DNA of 64,000 nucleotides from Hydrurus foetidus (GCA_900617105.1 UYFQ01000779.1:124001-188000), one strand, 5' to 3'; positions 11,076-24,800 are shown, counted from the first letter of the stretch. Notes: a model not told the origin generated them from the letters alone. Numbers and translations: made by a program.

Positions 11076-12026
11076 CTATTTTCTTGATATTGCTTTTCAG
11101 CAGCATCAACAATAAAAGGAGTATCTAAACCATATTTTTTAATAATTCAACAGGTTTGCCACTTTCACCAAAGTATCTTTTGTGCCAATATATTCAATTG
11201 GTATTGGCAGGTGCTTAGATGCAACTTGTGCAATACTATCTCCTAAACCACCAATAATATTATGTTCTTCAACAGTTACTGCACAACGTGTTTTGCTGAT
11301 GGATGCTAACACAGCTGCTTCGTCTAAAGGTTTTATTGTGTGAATATTAATTACCTCTACACTAATTCCTTTTTTCTTCTAAAATCTTTCCTGCTTCAAT
11401 AGCTTTCACACCATATGACCACAGGCAAAATACTGACATCAGTTCCTTCACTCATCTTTTGGGCTTTGCCAATTACAAAATCACTGCCATCTTCTGCTGT
11501 AAATTTGCCCATTTTGGACGACCAAATCTTAAATAAACTGGACCTTGATAATCTGCAATGGCTTTTGTTGCAGCTTTAGTTTAGTTATAATCGCAAGGAA
11601 CAATCACTGTCATTCCTGGCAACATTTTCATCATTCCAATATCTTCTAAAACGATGTGTTGCACCATCTTCTCTAAAGTAAGACCAGCGTGAAGCACAAA
11701 TTTTACATTTTTATTGCTGTATGCAACGCTTTGGCGAATTTGATCATAGACCCTGCTCGTGCTGGGAATTTGCAAAGTTGTTGTGTAAGGAATTTTGCCT
11801 CAATAGTCATACCAGCAGCAATGCCAATCATATTAGCTTCGGCAATACCACATTGTACAAAGCGTTCTGGAAAATCCTTGATAAAGTTGGCAATCTTCAT
11901 TGAGCCTGCTAAATCTGCAGTTAGAACCACCACATTAGGGTTTGCTTTCCCTGCTTCATAAACACCATCACCAAAACCGCCACGTGTTTCTTTCTCATTT
12001 TGAATTTGTATATCGCTACACTTCAT
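11076..12026 (-). CDS. Transketolase C-terminal subunit (pyrimidine-binding + C-terminal domains)
   Basis: ETRGGFG, ADLAGS, GIAEANMIGIAAG, RVYDQIRQS, EEHNIIGGLG. Confidence 0.9.
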
Positions 12027-12030
12027 TTTT

Positions 12031-12103
12031 TAAAGTTTAAAGTTTAAAGTTTAAAGTTTAAAGTTTGATGCCATTAAACTCATAAACCAATTAACAGATT
12101 AAC
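12031..12103. repeat. (TAAAGTT)x5 followed by inverted TAAAC/TTAAC units
   Basis: taaagtttaaagtttaaagtttaaagtttaaagtttgatgccattaaactcataaaccaattaacagattaac. Confidence 0.85.
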
Positions 12104-12110
12104 CTAAGTA

Positions 12111-12830
12111 TTATTTTTCTATTGCCAATAATTCAATTTCGAAGATTAAAGCAGAGCCACCAGGAATTTTTTCGCCTGCACCATTGTCGCCATAAGCTAA
12201 ATTACTTGGTAAAATATTTTCCATTTGCTACCAACGGTCATTTGTAACGGCTAATGTCAACCTTCAATTACTTGATTTAAACCAAAGAGATTGGCTCGCC
12301 TCTATCAACAGAGCTATCAAATACAGTTCCATCAGTTAAAGTTCCGTGATAATGAACCTTAACCTTGTCCGTAGCTGTTGGATATTCTTTGCTATCACTT
12401 GCTTTTAAAACTTGATATTGCCATCCACCAGGCATACTAATAATGCCAGGTTTTTGCATTTTCAGCTAAAATTTTTGCCCCGCTGCTTTTGCTCACGGCT
12501 TTTTGCCATTCATTGCACGAGCATAAGTGTTTACACAACGGCTTGCATCGGCATCATTTAAATAACAACTTTACCTAATAAAACATCGCTCAATCCTTTG
12601 TACAAAAGCATTGCATCAATTTTATCTAAATTTTGTGCTTTTAAATTACGAGCAATATTTACACCTAAAGCATAGCTTGTGCTGTCTCTTAATGTTTTAA
12701 GAACTGTAGTTGTTGTTGGTTTAGTAGTAGCTGCTTTTGAGATTGTACTTTTGCTGGTTGCGTTTTTTGCTTGAGAAATTGCTGGAATTGCAATAATAAT
12801 TGTGAATAAAGGAAGCAATAATTTTTTCAT
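12111..12830 (-). CDS. FKBP-type peptidyl-prolyl isomerase (FklB/FkpA-like)
   Basis: [46 protein letters not shown]. Confidence 0.9.
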
Positions 12831-12978
12831 TGTACTTTTAGTTTATGGCGGCAAAGTAAGTTAAGATGAATTAAAGTGTGGGAAAATGGCACTAAAATTT
12901 TTAAGTTGTATTTTGTACTTTGTTTTAAATAAAACGTCCGACTTAAATAGCCAGACGTTCTTTAAATATCTAAATATA

Positions 12979-13560
12979 TTATTTCTTTTTAACCTTGTAT
13001 AGGTCGTTTAAGCCTTTAACAATATCGTTGGTGATATTGTAAGAAGAGTCTTTATAGTAAATTAAATCTGATGAGTTTGACAAGATGAACGAATAGGTTT
13101 TATCCTTGTTATATTCTTTTAAAAAGTCTTCAATCTTCTTTTTAACGTCCAGAAGTTTTGTTCTGAGTTTCATCTTGAAGTTTATTAGCTTCAGTTTGTT
13201 CATCTAATTGATAAGCTCTATCACGATTTTGAAGGTCTTGTTGTGCGACAGCCATTTGTTCTTGCGTCATACTGCTGCCCCTGCCTTGATACTCTTTTAA
13301 TTTTGTAATATTGGCGTTCTTTTAGTTGCTAAAACAGCTCTAACATCTTGTTCTTTTTGATAATTCTTCAATGATTTGTTTGTAATAATCAAATGATTTT
13401 GAATAGAATCCATCTCAAAATAAGCAATAACACAGCCTTTTGCACAGCTTGACTTTGCTGCCATTGATTTATTTTGTTTGTTGCCAGAGAAGTGAAAATA
13501 AAAAAGCACTGCAACAGCTATTGCCAGAACAACATTTAATATCGTGTTTAAATTCTTCAT
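12979..13560 (-). CDS. OmpH/Skp family outer membrane chaperone
   Basis: IAYFEMDSI...FLKEYNKDKTYSFIL...YNITNDIVKGLN. Confidence 0.8.
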
Positions 13561-13577
13561 TATTAATTTTAGAACGA

Positions 13578-13585
13578 CAAATATA
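13578..13585 (-). promoter_or_regulatory. Bacteroidota -7 promoter element (TAnnTTTG) for ompH
   Basis: tatatttg on minus strand ~18 bp upstream of ATG. Confidence 0.55.
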
Positions 13586-13695
13586 ATTGCTCGTTTATAA
13601 AATAGAGCGTCAATACAAAACTTTAGGGAAATCTTAGCAAATCGGAACCTATTTTTCTTCATTCAAATATTTAGTTTTTACTATATTCGTTTTCG

Positions 13696-15935
13696 ATGAC
13701 TAACGATCAACAAATAGCAACAGAACCCCTAGAGCCTAAATACAATTTGAATGATGCCGAAGAAAAAAATTGATTCTAAGGCATTACAGAACGCTACTTC
13801 GCCAACTTGGAACAAAGCTTAAAAAGGCGATAAAGTTTTAGTTAGACAAGCTTTTGAGATGAGTGCCAACGCCCATAAAAGTATGCGTCGCAAAAGTGGT
13901 GAGCCTTATATTCTTCATCCTCTTGCAGTAGCTCAAATATGTGTTGAAGAGATTGGATTGGGTATTAGAGTACTATTTGTGCTTTATTACACGATACTGT
14001 TGAAGACACAGATATTACACTTGAAGATATTGAAAGAGAGTTTGGAACCGAGATTGCCAGAATTGTTGATGGCTTAACCAAGATTTCTAATGTGATGGAT
14101 GCCAATTCATCTCAACAAGCTGAAAACTTCAAAAAATATTACTTACACTTACAGATGACCCCAGAGTTATTTTAATAAAACTGGCTGATAGGTTACATAA
14201 TATGCGAACAATGGATTCGATGAAGAGGGAAAAGCAACTTAAAATTTCCTCTGAAACTATTTGGGTGTATGCACCATTGGCTCATAGAATGGGTTTGTAT
14301 AAGATTAAATCTGAAATGGAAGATTTGGCAATGAAATATCTAGAGCCAGATGTTTATAAAGACATTGCAAAAAGTTGGCAGAAACCAAAACGTCCAGAAC
14401 AAAATACATCAATGAGTTTATTAAACCATTAAAAGAAAAGTTAGAGGCTACTGGTGTACCATTTGAAATTTATGGCCGACCAAAAGCATTCACTCTATCT
14501 GGAATAAAATAAAAACAAGGTGTAACTTTTGAGCAAGTTTATGATTTATTTGCCATTAGAATTTTATTGAACAGCAAACCTGAAGATGAAAAGCAGATTG
14601 TTGGAAGGTTTATAGCATTATTGCAAATGCTTATAACCCAAGACCAGAAAGGCTTAGAGATTGGTTAGCAATCCTAAAAGCAATGGATACGAAGCCTTGC
14701 ACACAACTGTAATGGGACCACAAGGTAAATGGGTTGAAGTGCAAATTAGAACTGCAAGGATGAATGAAATTGCAGAAAAGGATTGGCAGCTCACTATAAA
14801 TACAAAGAAGGAAGCACCAATTCAAGTGAAGATAGATTTGACCAATGGTTCTCTCAAATCAGAGAGGTTATTAATAATCAAGATACTGATAGTGTTGATT
14901 TTTACAAGACTTTAAAACATCCTTCTTAGCTGAAGAGATTTATGTTTATACGCCCAAAGGCGAAATAAAAATGTTACCAAAGGGCAGCTCAGCACTTGAC
15001 TTTGCATTCTCTATTCATAGTGCAGTTGGTAGCAAATGTATTGGTGCTAAAGTGCATCATAAATTGGTTCCAATAAGTCATAAACTGCGTAGTGGAGACC
15101 AAATTGAAATCATTACCAGCAATAAGCAAAGCCAAATGAAGACTGGTTTCAATATGTTGTTACTGCTAAGGCAAAACAAAATTAAAGATGCTTTAAAAGA
15201 GGAAAAAAGAAAGATTGCAGAAGATGGAAGATATATTTTGCAAAGAAAGATTGAGGGGATGGTGCTGCTTTACACCAGGTAATATTGATGAAGTAGCTGT
15301 GTTTTACAAGCTTTCATCTCACCTTGATTTGTTATACAAAATTGCCGTAAAGAATATTGACTTAAAAAGAGTTGAAAGATTTTCAAGTAATCGGTAACAG
15401 ATTAGAGCAACCCAAACCAATCGTTGTAGAAAAATTGAACCAATTGCTTATGACCCACAAGTTAAACCACTTACCAAAAAGATACAGAGCTGATAATTTT
15501 CGGAGAAAGTAGCGATCAAATTCAGTATGAATTAGCGAAGTGTTGCAAACCAATTCCGGGGATAATGTTTTGGGTTTATTACTATTGGAAAAGGTATGGT
15601 GATTCACAGAGTAATTGCCTAATGCTCCACAATTAATGGCAAATTATGGGCATAGAATTGTTAGAACCAAATGGGCAAAAACAAGGAAATCTCTTCTTAA
15701 CAGGATTGAAAATAATTGGTATGGATGATGTTGGTGTTATTAATAAAATAACTACCATCATTAGTGGTGATATGAGAATAAATATTGCAGGATTGAGTAT
15801 TGAAAGTGATTCTGGCTTATTTGAAGGAATGATAAAAATATTCGTTCACGATAAAGAAGAATTGGAAGAACTTGTTGAACGTCTTAAAACACGAATGGAA
15901 TACAAAGCGTTGATAGATTTGATACAGAGGAATAA
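13696..15935 (+). CDS. spoT: RelA/SpoT (p)ppGpp synthetase/hydrolase
   Basis: [19 protein letters not shown] (HD), [25 protein letters not shown] (LDFAFSIHS), ACT domain. Confidence 0.95.
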
Positions 15936-16161
15936 ACCTTTAACCCTTAAAAGAATGCATAGTAGATATTCATACATATAAAATTCATCAAAAAGCAACG
16001 CCAATTACTGCTACAAAATAGGCTAATAAATTACTCATCGATTTATTACTAAGCAGCTTTTTTCATCCAAACGTGTACTCCATAAACAGGAATTGCTACT
16101 ATTACAAAATATAGTAATAGTAGCAATTGCCAATGGTACATTTTCATTTATGAAATCTGTA

Positions 16162-17227
16162 TTATAAGTATTTATCTCCTTTGCTGCGTTTTACTTCAGC
16201 AACATATTCTTTAATAGCTTGTTCCTTATCTTTTTACAGATTAACAAAGCATCTTTAGTATCAACAATAATAAAATCATCCAAGCCTTGCAAAACAACAA
16301 CTTTATCTGAAGGTGCAGATACCATACATTTTGTAGAATCAATGATAATGGTGCTATCGCTAGCAACTGCATTGCCTAAATAATCTTTCTCTAAATTATC
16401 ATAAGCACTGTTCCAAGTTCTAAATCGCTCCAACCAAATGAAGAGGGAATGACACAAACACTTTTTGCTTTTTCCATAATGGCAAAGTCAATAGAAATAT
16501 TAGTGCATAAAGGATAAATTCTTCCCTGTGCTTCTTTTTCGTTTGGTGTATTGAAGTTAGCTTTTCATTGTCAAACAATTCAAACATTTCTGCTTGTTGA
16601 GCGGCAAATTCATTCACAACATCCTGAGCTTTCAAACAAAGATCCCAGCATTCCATAAAAAAATCGCCACTAGCTAAAAAGATTTTGCAATTTCTAGATT
16701 TGGTTTTTCTGTAAAGGTTTTACTTTATAAATATTTTCCTCAACAGCATCTGTATCATATTGAATATAACCATAACCAGTATTGGGATGGTTAGGTTTGA
16801 TACCTAGGGTAATGAAAGTGTTATTCCTATCAACAAATTCTAATGCTTTTGATGTGATAGCTTTAAAGTTTCTCCATCAAAATCATATGATCACTTGGAG
16901 CAACTACTAAAGAAGCATTAGATTTTTTGAAGTAATTTGAAAGCAATATATGCAACACAAGGAGCTGTGTTTTTGCTTGGTTCTGCCAAAATGTTTTCAA
17001 CAGGCATATCTGGCAATTGAGTTGCCACAATATCTGTATATTCTTCAGATGTAACAACAAAATATTTTCTTTTGGAATGAGGCTGCATAACGCTCAAACG
17101 TCCATTGAATAAGGGTTTTGCCGCTATTTAAAATATCAGAAACTGTTTTGGATAAGAAGCTCTACCATTGGCCAAAGCGACTTCCAATGCCGCCAGCCAT
17201 AATTGCTACATAGTGATTCGGGTTCAT
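16162..17227 (-). CDS. manC: Mannose-1-phosphate guanylyltransferase
   Basis: IMAGGIGSR, APSDH, GIKPNHPNTGYGYI, ISIDFAIMEK, IIVDTKDALLIC. Confidence 0.9.
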
Positions 17228-17345
17228 TATTGATGATTTTATTAATCACCAAATGTAGTGGACGAATGAACTACTAAATATGAAATGTGGATTAATAAAC
17301 AATATTGTTTTATGAAAGGAAAGAATGGTAATAAGTTAAAACAAC

Positions 17346-17824
17346 TTAACCTGTTACTTTAAATAGCTAGATATTGCAAAGGGACTCTGATACAGACTCA
17401 GCACCACCTATTGATAATGCTATGCCACTAATAATGAGGGTATCGTTTATATGATATTTTTGGGAAACCAGAGCAAATCCAAAACTTAGTATTTCCAGAA
17501 ATCATTAGTGATTCATCTGCAATAAAAGCTTTCAAATTGCTAATATTTGCAACAATCCTCTTCCATTATGACAACTTTTAAAATCAATGGAATCTGAAGG
17601 AATATATCTTGAATATTCTTTAAGGTCAATATCTGAAGTATCAACGACAAAAACTCTCCAGCGAAACTGTTTAGTCAATTTTTCCTCAAAATTTTTATTG
17701 AGTCTCTGTGAGAAAGAGACTTCAGTGTTTGTCTTTTATGTTTAGGACTATCTCGTTTATTTTCGGTATTACAACTAAAAAGAAAAATAGTTATAATGCT
17801 AACGATAAATAGAAGTCTAGTCAT
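17346..17824 (-). CDS. Hypothetical lipoprotein
   Basis: [18 protein letters not shown] lipobox; start overlaps the desaturase stop. Confidence 0.55.
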
Positions 17825-18886
17825 ATCTACCCATATGTTTCAAAAATCTAACGTGAGCAGCAATTGCTTTTCTTGTTGTGGGTACTCAATATATTGCAAT
17901 TGATATTCCGTGCAAACAGTACGAATAATATTGCTTATTGCAGGATAATGTACGTGAGAAATTTTGGGAAATAAATGATGTTCTATTTGAAAATTTAGCC
18001 CACCAACTAACCAGCTTACCAACTTACTTTTAGTAGCAAAGTTTGCAGTAGTTTTATTTGATGTGCAGCAAATTCATCGGGCAATTTATTTTCATCAATA
18101 CTAGCAACTGGGAATTCTGTTTGTTCTACAGTATGTGCTAATTGGAAAACAATGCTTAAGATAAATCCAGCAAAAAGTTATGATGATGAAACTCAACTAA
18201 CCAAGCAGCCCAACCCAAAAATAAATTGGTACAGCAACAAACACAGCAGCGTGGTAAATTTTAACAACCCAAAACATTATATGGTCTTTGGCAGACATTT
18301 TCTTTAAAGGTACATCTCAATTTTGAACAAAATATTTTTATAATCAGTAAAAATATCCAGAAGATATAAAGCAACATATATAAAACCAAAAATAAATGTG
18401 TTGAAACTTATGTCCTTTTAAACGTTTTTGAGTAGGAGCCATTCTCATTAAAATACCGATTTCAATATCATCATCAACACCATCAACATTAGTAAAGTGT
18501 GATGAATCATATTGTGTTTCATATTCCACAAAAATGATTGGCTCCTAACATACTAATACTGTGAGCAGCAATTTTATTCATCAATTTATTTTCACTAAAA
18601 CTACCATGACTTCCATCGTGCATCACATTAAAGCCAATAGCAGCAATCACTCCACCCAAAATAACACACTCAAATAAGCTGATATACCAGATAGGATTAA
18701 AGAAAACCAAGTGTATATACAATGCAGCAAAACTGTAATTAAAGGGCTGCTTTAAAAATAAATTCCCGTTTCCTGTTGGGTTAATTTTATTATCTGTGAA
18801 ATATTGGTACACCCTCTTTCTCAACTCGCTATGAAGCGAATTTTAACAACAGGGAATTTAGGTGATACATAAGTTGACGACATCAT
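17817..18886 (-). CDS. Membrane fatty acid (acyl-CoA) desaturase
   Basis: His boxes HDGSH and [14 protein letters not shown]. Confidence 0.9.
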
Positions 18887-18946
18887 ATTAATTTAGGTTG
18901 CGAAAATACGAGATAATGAAAGAAGATTTTAATTTTAACAAATTGG

Positions 18947-20121
18947 CTAAGAAAACCATAGCACCAAACCAACTCATCATTCCTATACCAACTTCAATAG
19001 CACGTTCATCAATATTGAACTTTGGTGTGTGCACATTATGAATAATTCCTTGTGCTTGATTTCTTACCCCAAGTCTAAAAAGCAGCCAGGAATTTGTTGT
19101 GTGTAATATCCAAAATCTTCAGCCCCATTCTTAATTCTGTTTCTTCTACATTGCTTTCTCCAATAAATTCATTTTGCCAATAAAGTACATTGTTCAGTTA
19201 AAATAGGCTCGCTATCAACAGTTGGATATCCAACATCAATAAGTAAATCATAAGTTGCACCCATACCTTCAACTATAGCCTTAACTTGTTGTTCAATAAG
19301 TTTATGAGCTTTATATCTCCAAGTTTCGTCCATACATCTTAGAGTTCCCATCAACTTTACTTCACTTGGAATAATGTTAGTTGCATTTCCACCGTGAATT
19401 GAACAAATAGATAAAACACTTGGGCTTGTTGGATTGCAATTACGAGAGATGATTTGTTGCAATGAAACAATCAAATGAGATGCAATTAATACTGTATCTT
19501 GTGTTAAATGAGGTGCAGCTGCGTGTCCACCATTTCCTTTAATGGTGATAAATTTCATCGGCACTTGCCATTACTCTTCCTTTTCTGAAACTTAGTTTAC
19601 CATAATTTAAACCAGGATGCACATTACATGCAACAATTTTTGTTGGTGCAGGATTTTGCAACACACCTTCTTTAATCATTAAACTTGCACCTCCAGGATT
19701 TTTCTTCTCCTAATTGAAAGATAAGTTTAACTGTTCCTTCCCATTCACCTTTTAGTTCGTTCAAAATTTTGGCAGCACCTAATAAACAAGTTGTGTGAAC
19801 ATCGTGTCCACAGGCGTGCATTACGCTCATCAACTAGACTTTTATATGGAACATTATTTTCTTCTTGAATTGGCAAAGCATCCATATCTGCACGAAGTGC
19901 AATAACTCTGCTTGAAGGATTTTTACCTTCAATTACAGCAACAACGCCAGTTGTAGCCATAACATTAGATTTCATTCCAAAACTTAAAAGTTTTTCTTGT
20001 ATGAATTTAGAAGTATTAAACTCCTTGTAACTCAGTTCTGGATTCGAATGCAAATGATGTCTAACATCAATAAATTCTTGAGCATACTGAGCAGCTAATG
20101 TTTTTATTTTTCTGATAACAT
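18947..20121 (-). CDS. M20 family amidohydrolase
   Basis: [36 protein letters not shown]. Confidence 0.92.
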
Positions 20122-20127
20122 TATAAT

Positions 20128-20583
20128 TTATTTAACGTCTTCATCATCTTTTGGAGTGTATTCAATGGCGTCTTCAACTAAGAAAACACCAGTTGGAAAG
20201 TTTTAGAGATTTGTTTACGCATTTTCTGGGCATCTTCCTTTTTTAAAAAGTTACCCAATTTTACCTTAAAATATGGAGCCTGATAAGTTACGTAAGCCTT
20301 GTGTTGGATAGTTTGTTAGCAAATCGTATTTAAGTTTAAATGCTTGGTTTCTATTATTTGTGCTAAGTTGTAATCTATACCCTTTATACAAACCATTGCT
20401 CGTCATCATTTGAGAGCGTTTATTAACAAGGGCTTGCTTTTGAGTAAGAATATCTAAACGTGGATCTTTATTTACAATAATTGTATCAATGATTTTTTGT
20501 AGAATCTGTTTGTGCAAAGGATTTGCTACCAAGAATGATAGAAGCAAAAGTATAAATAGTATTTTGACTGTTGTATATTTCAT
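20128..20583 (-). CDS. SPOR domain-containing protein
   Basis: KGYRLQL...YQAPYFKVKLGNF. Confidence 0.75.
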
Positions 20584-20959
20584 TATTGTTGAGGAATCAT
20601 TTCTTGATAAGAGCCATTGCTGCCAATATAAGTAACACGTTTGTTATTGCCATTTAAGGTTGCTTCATAAAACGAATACCAGCACTAGCAATTTCATTCA
20701 TAAATGTTGGAAAATCTGTTTTGCCTTGTTGATTATCTCTAATGGCTTGAACTGTTTTTCTTCGCTATAGATAGCTGCTATATTTCTTGCACCATTGTTA
20801 AATGCAATATGTTTTCACCATTGTCAAGTCTATATAATATTGTGCCTGTTACAACATCAACAGTGTATGATTGAATACCTATTGCTATCAATTTAGAAAC
20901 TAAATCGGGTAGTTTGTTGCATTTTGATGAGCAACTTGTATATCAGCATAGTTAATCAT
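20583..20959 (-). CDS. DUF1398-like protein
   Basis: LIAIGIQSYTVDV...AIRDNQQGKTDFPTFMNEIASAGI. Confidence 0.65.
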
Positions 20960-20969
20960 AAAATAATTT

Positions 20970-21843
20970 TTAATAGCCAGCTTTCGCACCACCAATATTT
21001 TCAATAGGATGCCAAGTAGTTTTATTTCCTGTGTATCCATTATAAAATAAGGGTTTCTGCTTCGTCTGTATTCCATTTTATTTTGTCATACAACACAACT
21101 CTTTTACATTCAATGATGCTTTTCTTGAATTAGTTTTTAGTTTCTACATCATTTTCGCAATAAATGATTGCGTTTACATCCATATGGTCGGCAAAGAATT
21201 TTACCAATTCACTTGGCTTACCTGTAATAATATTTACAACGCCACCGCTAACATCACTACTATTCAAAACCTCTGCAAAGTTACAGCACATAAAGGTTTG
21301 TTTCACTTACTAAAATAATACAAGTATTACCACCTGCAATAACAGGTGCAATTGCAGAAACTAGTCCTAACAATGAAGTTTGTTGAGGAGCAACAATAGC
21401 TACAACACCTGTTGGCTCTGGCACAGAGAAGTTAAAGTGTGAAGATGCCACAGGATTTACTGCACCAAAAACTTGTTGAAATTTATCGCACCAACCTGCA
21501 TAATAAATTAGTCTATCAATACAAGTATTTACTTCTTCCTCTGCTTGTTTTGTAGTTGAATCTTGTTTAATCAACTCATCAATAAACTGAGCTTTTCTAC
21601 CTTCAAGCATTTCGGCAATACGATATAAAATTTGTCCACGATTAAATGCAGCTTTTGCACTCCATCCACCAAAGCATTTCGTGCAGCAACAACTGCTTCA
21701 CGAAAATCTTTTCTGCTACTCAAGCAAACATTAGCCAATGCTTGTCCTGTTTTATTTTTGGTGTGTAATATCTTCCACTTTCAGTTCTTGAAACTGACCA
21801 CCAATATAAATTTTGTATGTTTTAAAACTTCCAATCGAGTCAT
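20970..21843 (-). CDS. Short aldehyde dehydrogenase family protein (NAD-binding part only)
   Basis: MTRLEVLK.YIGGQF.RTESGR, YYAGWCDK, PEPTGVVAIVAP, HMDVNA. Confidence 0.85.
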
Positions 21844-21859
21844 TGTTTGTTTAAAGTTT

Positions 21860-22272
21860 AATTGTTTAAAGTTTAAGGTTGCGTTCTCTTTTACGAATTC
21901 CTTCAATATTCTTCCTTGCAAGTATTTGATAAAATTTTGTATCATTGAACTTACTTGAATTGCTAAAGAAACCAACTCTTCAAACTGTAATTTTGTTATA
22001 TAACTTCTATCTAACGCCCTATAAAATTGCGACCTCAATTCGCCACAACTTCCTTTTGCATAACCTAAAAATTGAATAAATTCTGCTCTTGTACCTCGTT
22101 CAAACCCCTCAGCAATATTATCCATTATTGAACCCGATGAGCCTTCTATTTGACCAATAATTCTAAAGTTATTTTGAAACTTCCCTTCGTCAATTATTTT
22201 ACCAATAAGATTGCAAAGTTCTCTGCTTAATTTCCATATTTCAAGGTCTTCAAAATGTTTTACTGTAGCCAT
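21860..22272 (-). CDS. Four-helix bundle protein (23S rRNA intervening-sequence protein family)
   Basis: FEDLEIWK, SIMDNIAEGFERG, FIQFLGYAKGSCGELRSQ; 3' end approximate. Confidence 0.9.
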
Positions 22273-22311
22273 TGATTTATAACATTAAACGTTAAACTTT
22301 TAAACCTTAAA

Positions 22312-23767
22312 CTATTGAAGGTATGCCCCAAACCGTGCAAACCACCTTCTCTACCATAGCCACTTTCTTTATATCCACCAAAGGAGATGTTGGGTCGAAT
22401 TTGTTATAAGTATTTGCCCAAATAACACCAGCTCTTAATTTAGTTGTAAGGTTAAATATCTTAGAACCCTTGTCTGTCCACACTCCTGCACTTAAACCAA
22501 ATGGGGTATTGTTGGCTTTTTCGATTACTTCATCGTCAGTTCTAAAAGTTTGAATTGTAAGTACTGGTCCAAAATTTCTTCTTGTGCCAACCTGCTACTT
22601 TGTGCAACATTGGTAAATAATGTAGGTCGAATAAAGAATCCTTTTTGGGCAAAACACAATTGCTTTGATACATATCAATCCTTCTTTTTCCCCAATTTTT
22701 AAATACTTATGGATGTTTTCCATTTGTTGTTTAGAGTTGATTGCACCAATGTCTGTATTCTTATCTAATGGATCTCCAACAATCAAACTTTCTAATCTAT
22801 CTTTTAATTTTCTTAGCACAATATCATACACACTTTCTTGCACAAATAATCTTGAGCCTGCACAACAAACGTGACCTTGATTAAAGAAAATGCCATTGAT
22901 AATTCCTTCAACCGCTTGATCAATTGGTGCATCATCAAAAATGATATTCGCAGCTTTACCCCTAATTCAAGTGTTACTTTTTGTTGGTTCCAGCTACAGC
23001 TTTTTGAATCATTTTACCAACATTGGTACTACCAGTAAATGCAATTTTATTAATGTCTGGATGATTGACAATTGCTGCACCAGTTGCACCTGCACCTGTG
23101 ATAATATTTACAACACCAGGAGGCAAATCACTTTCCTGAATAATTTCAGCAAGCTTCAAAGCTGTTAGTGGCGTAGTTTCTGCAGGTTTTAATACAATGG
23201 TATTTCCAGTTGCTAAAGCTGGTGCAATTTTCAAGCAGCCATTAGCAAAGGAAAATTCAAGGAATAATTTGACCCGCTACACCTAATGGTGCAATTTTTT
23301 ATTTGGAAAAGCGTATTCTAATTTATCTGCCCAACCTGCATAATAAAAGAAGTGATTGGCAACCAGAGGCACATCAACATCTCTGCTTTCTCTAATAGGT
23401 TTACCTCCATCTAATGTTTCAATTACAGCAAATTCTCTCGCTCTTTCTTGAATCATTCGTGCAATACGATACATATATTTTGCACGTTCTTTAGCCGGCA
23501 TTTTGCTCCAGGTTTTGTCGTAAGCAACCCGGGCTGCTTTTACCGCTTTATCAACATCGGCAGCATTTGCATCAGCCACTTCACTTAACTTTTCTTCTGT
23601 TGCAGGGTTGATCGTATCGAAATACTTTTTTGCTTAAAGGTTTTCAAATTTTCCATTGATAAACAAGTCATGCCCAGCGTCAATCTTAGCACTAGACTTG
23701 CTCTCGGGTGCAGGTGCATACTTTGTATCGAAATTAAGTTTGATGGTATTATTTTTGCTTTAGCCAT
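22312..23767 (-). CDS. Aldehyde dehydrogenase
   Basis: [41 protein letters not shown]. Confidence 0.93.
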
Positions 23768-23811
23768 TGTTTGTTATTTGTAATCAAATCAAAGTAGGAT
23801 TGTGAAGTAAA

Positions 23812-24727
23812 TTAATCTATTGAAAAATAGTTTGCACTTTGATACACACCAGTTCGTTCTTTTTCCAATTGCATCAACACATCATTTGCTAAACTACTTG
23901 CACCAAATCTAAACCATTCACTATTCATCCAAGCAGTACCTAAAGTTTCTTGTAACATCACTAAATAATGCAGTGCCAGCTTGCTTTTGCTAATGCCACC
24001 AGCAGGTTTCATTGCAATCATTTTGCCTGTTTTATAATAAAAATCTCGAATAGCTTCCAACATTATCAATGTTACTGGCATTGTTGCAGCAGGCGAAATT
24101 TTACCTGTTGATGTTTTAATAAAATCGGCACCAGCATACATTGCAATATCACTTGCACGGCGTACTTTATCATAAGTAACCAACTCACCAGTTTCAAGGA
24201 TAACTTTTAAACGTGCAGTACCACAAGCTTCCTTAATAGCAGCTATTTCATCAAACACAAAATTGTACTCTCCTTCTAAAAATTTACCACGAGAAATTAC
24301 CATATCAATTTCATCTGCACCTTCTGCAACAGCAAATTTTGTATCTCTTATTTTCACATCAAGCGGTGCTTGTCCACTTGGAAAAGCAGTTGCCACAGCA
24401 GCTACTTTTACACCACTATTTCTAAAGCTTGCTTTGCAATTTTACCATTGATGGATAAACACAAATCGCTGCAACTGTTGGTAGTCCTGGATATGAGTCG
24501 TGTAAATGCTGTGCTTTATAGCAAAGTTGCTGAACCTTTCCTTTGGTATCTTTTCCTTCCAAGTAGTAAGGTCAATCATATTTAAAGTAAGCAACAAACC
24601 ATTTAATTTGGTTTCAGCTTTAATGCTTCTTTAGTAAATCGTGAGGCTCTTTCTTCAACACCAACCTGGTCTATGCGTGGTGAAATAGAAAAATCTGGAA
24701 TTGATATAGATGTATTTTTGCAATCAT
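23812..24727 (-). CDS. deoC: Deoxyribose-phosphate aldolase
   Basis: IDLTTLEG, ADEIDMV, LKVILETGEL, ADFIKTSTGK, KPAGGI, RFGASSL. Confidence 0.95.
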
Positions 24728-24800
24728 TTTTCGAAGTGTAATTTTCAAAAGTAGGCAAAACTAATAAACGATAGTAAATAGTTACTAATAGTTTCTCTGT

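Noticed and set aside
21781..22272. In-frame fusion of the four-helix-bundle protein to the ALDH N-terminus
   Set aside because: The read-through crosses the heptamer repeat and is most likely caused by an indel error near the true stop.
21860..22272. Diversity-generating retroelement (Avd-like gene)
   Set aside because: No reverse transcriptase and no TR/VR pair with adenine-specific mismatches was seen in the window.
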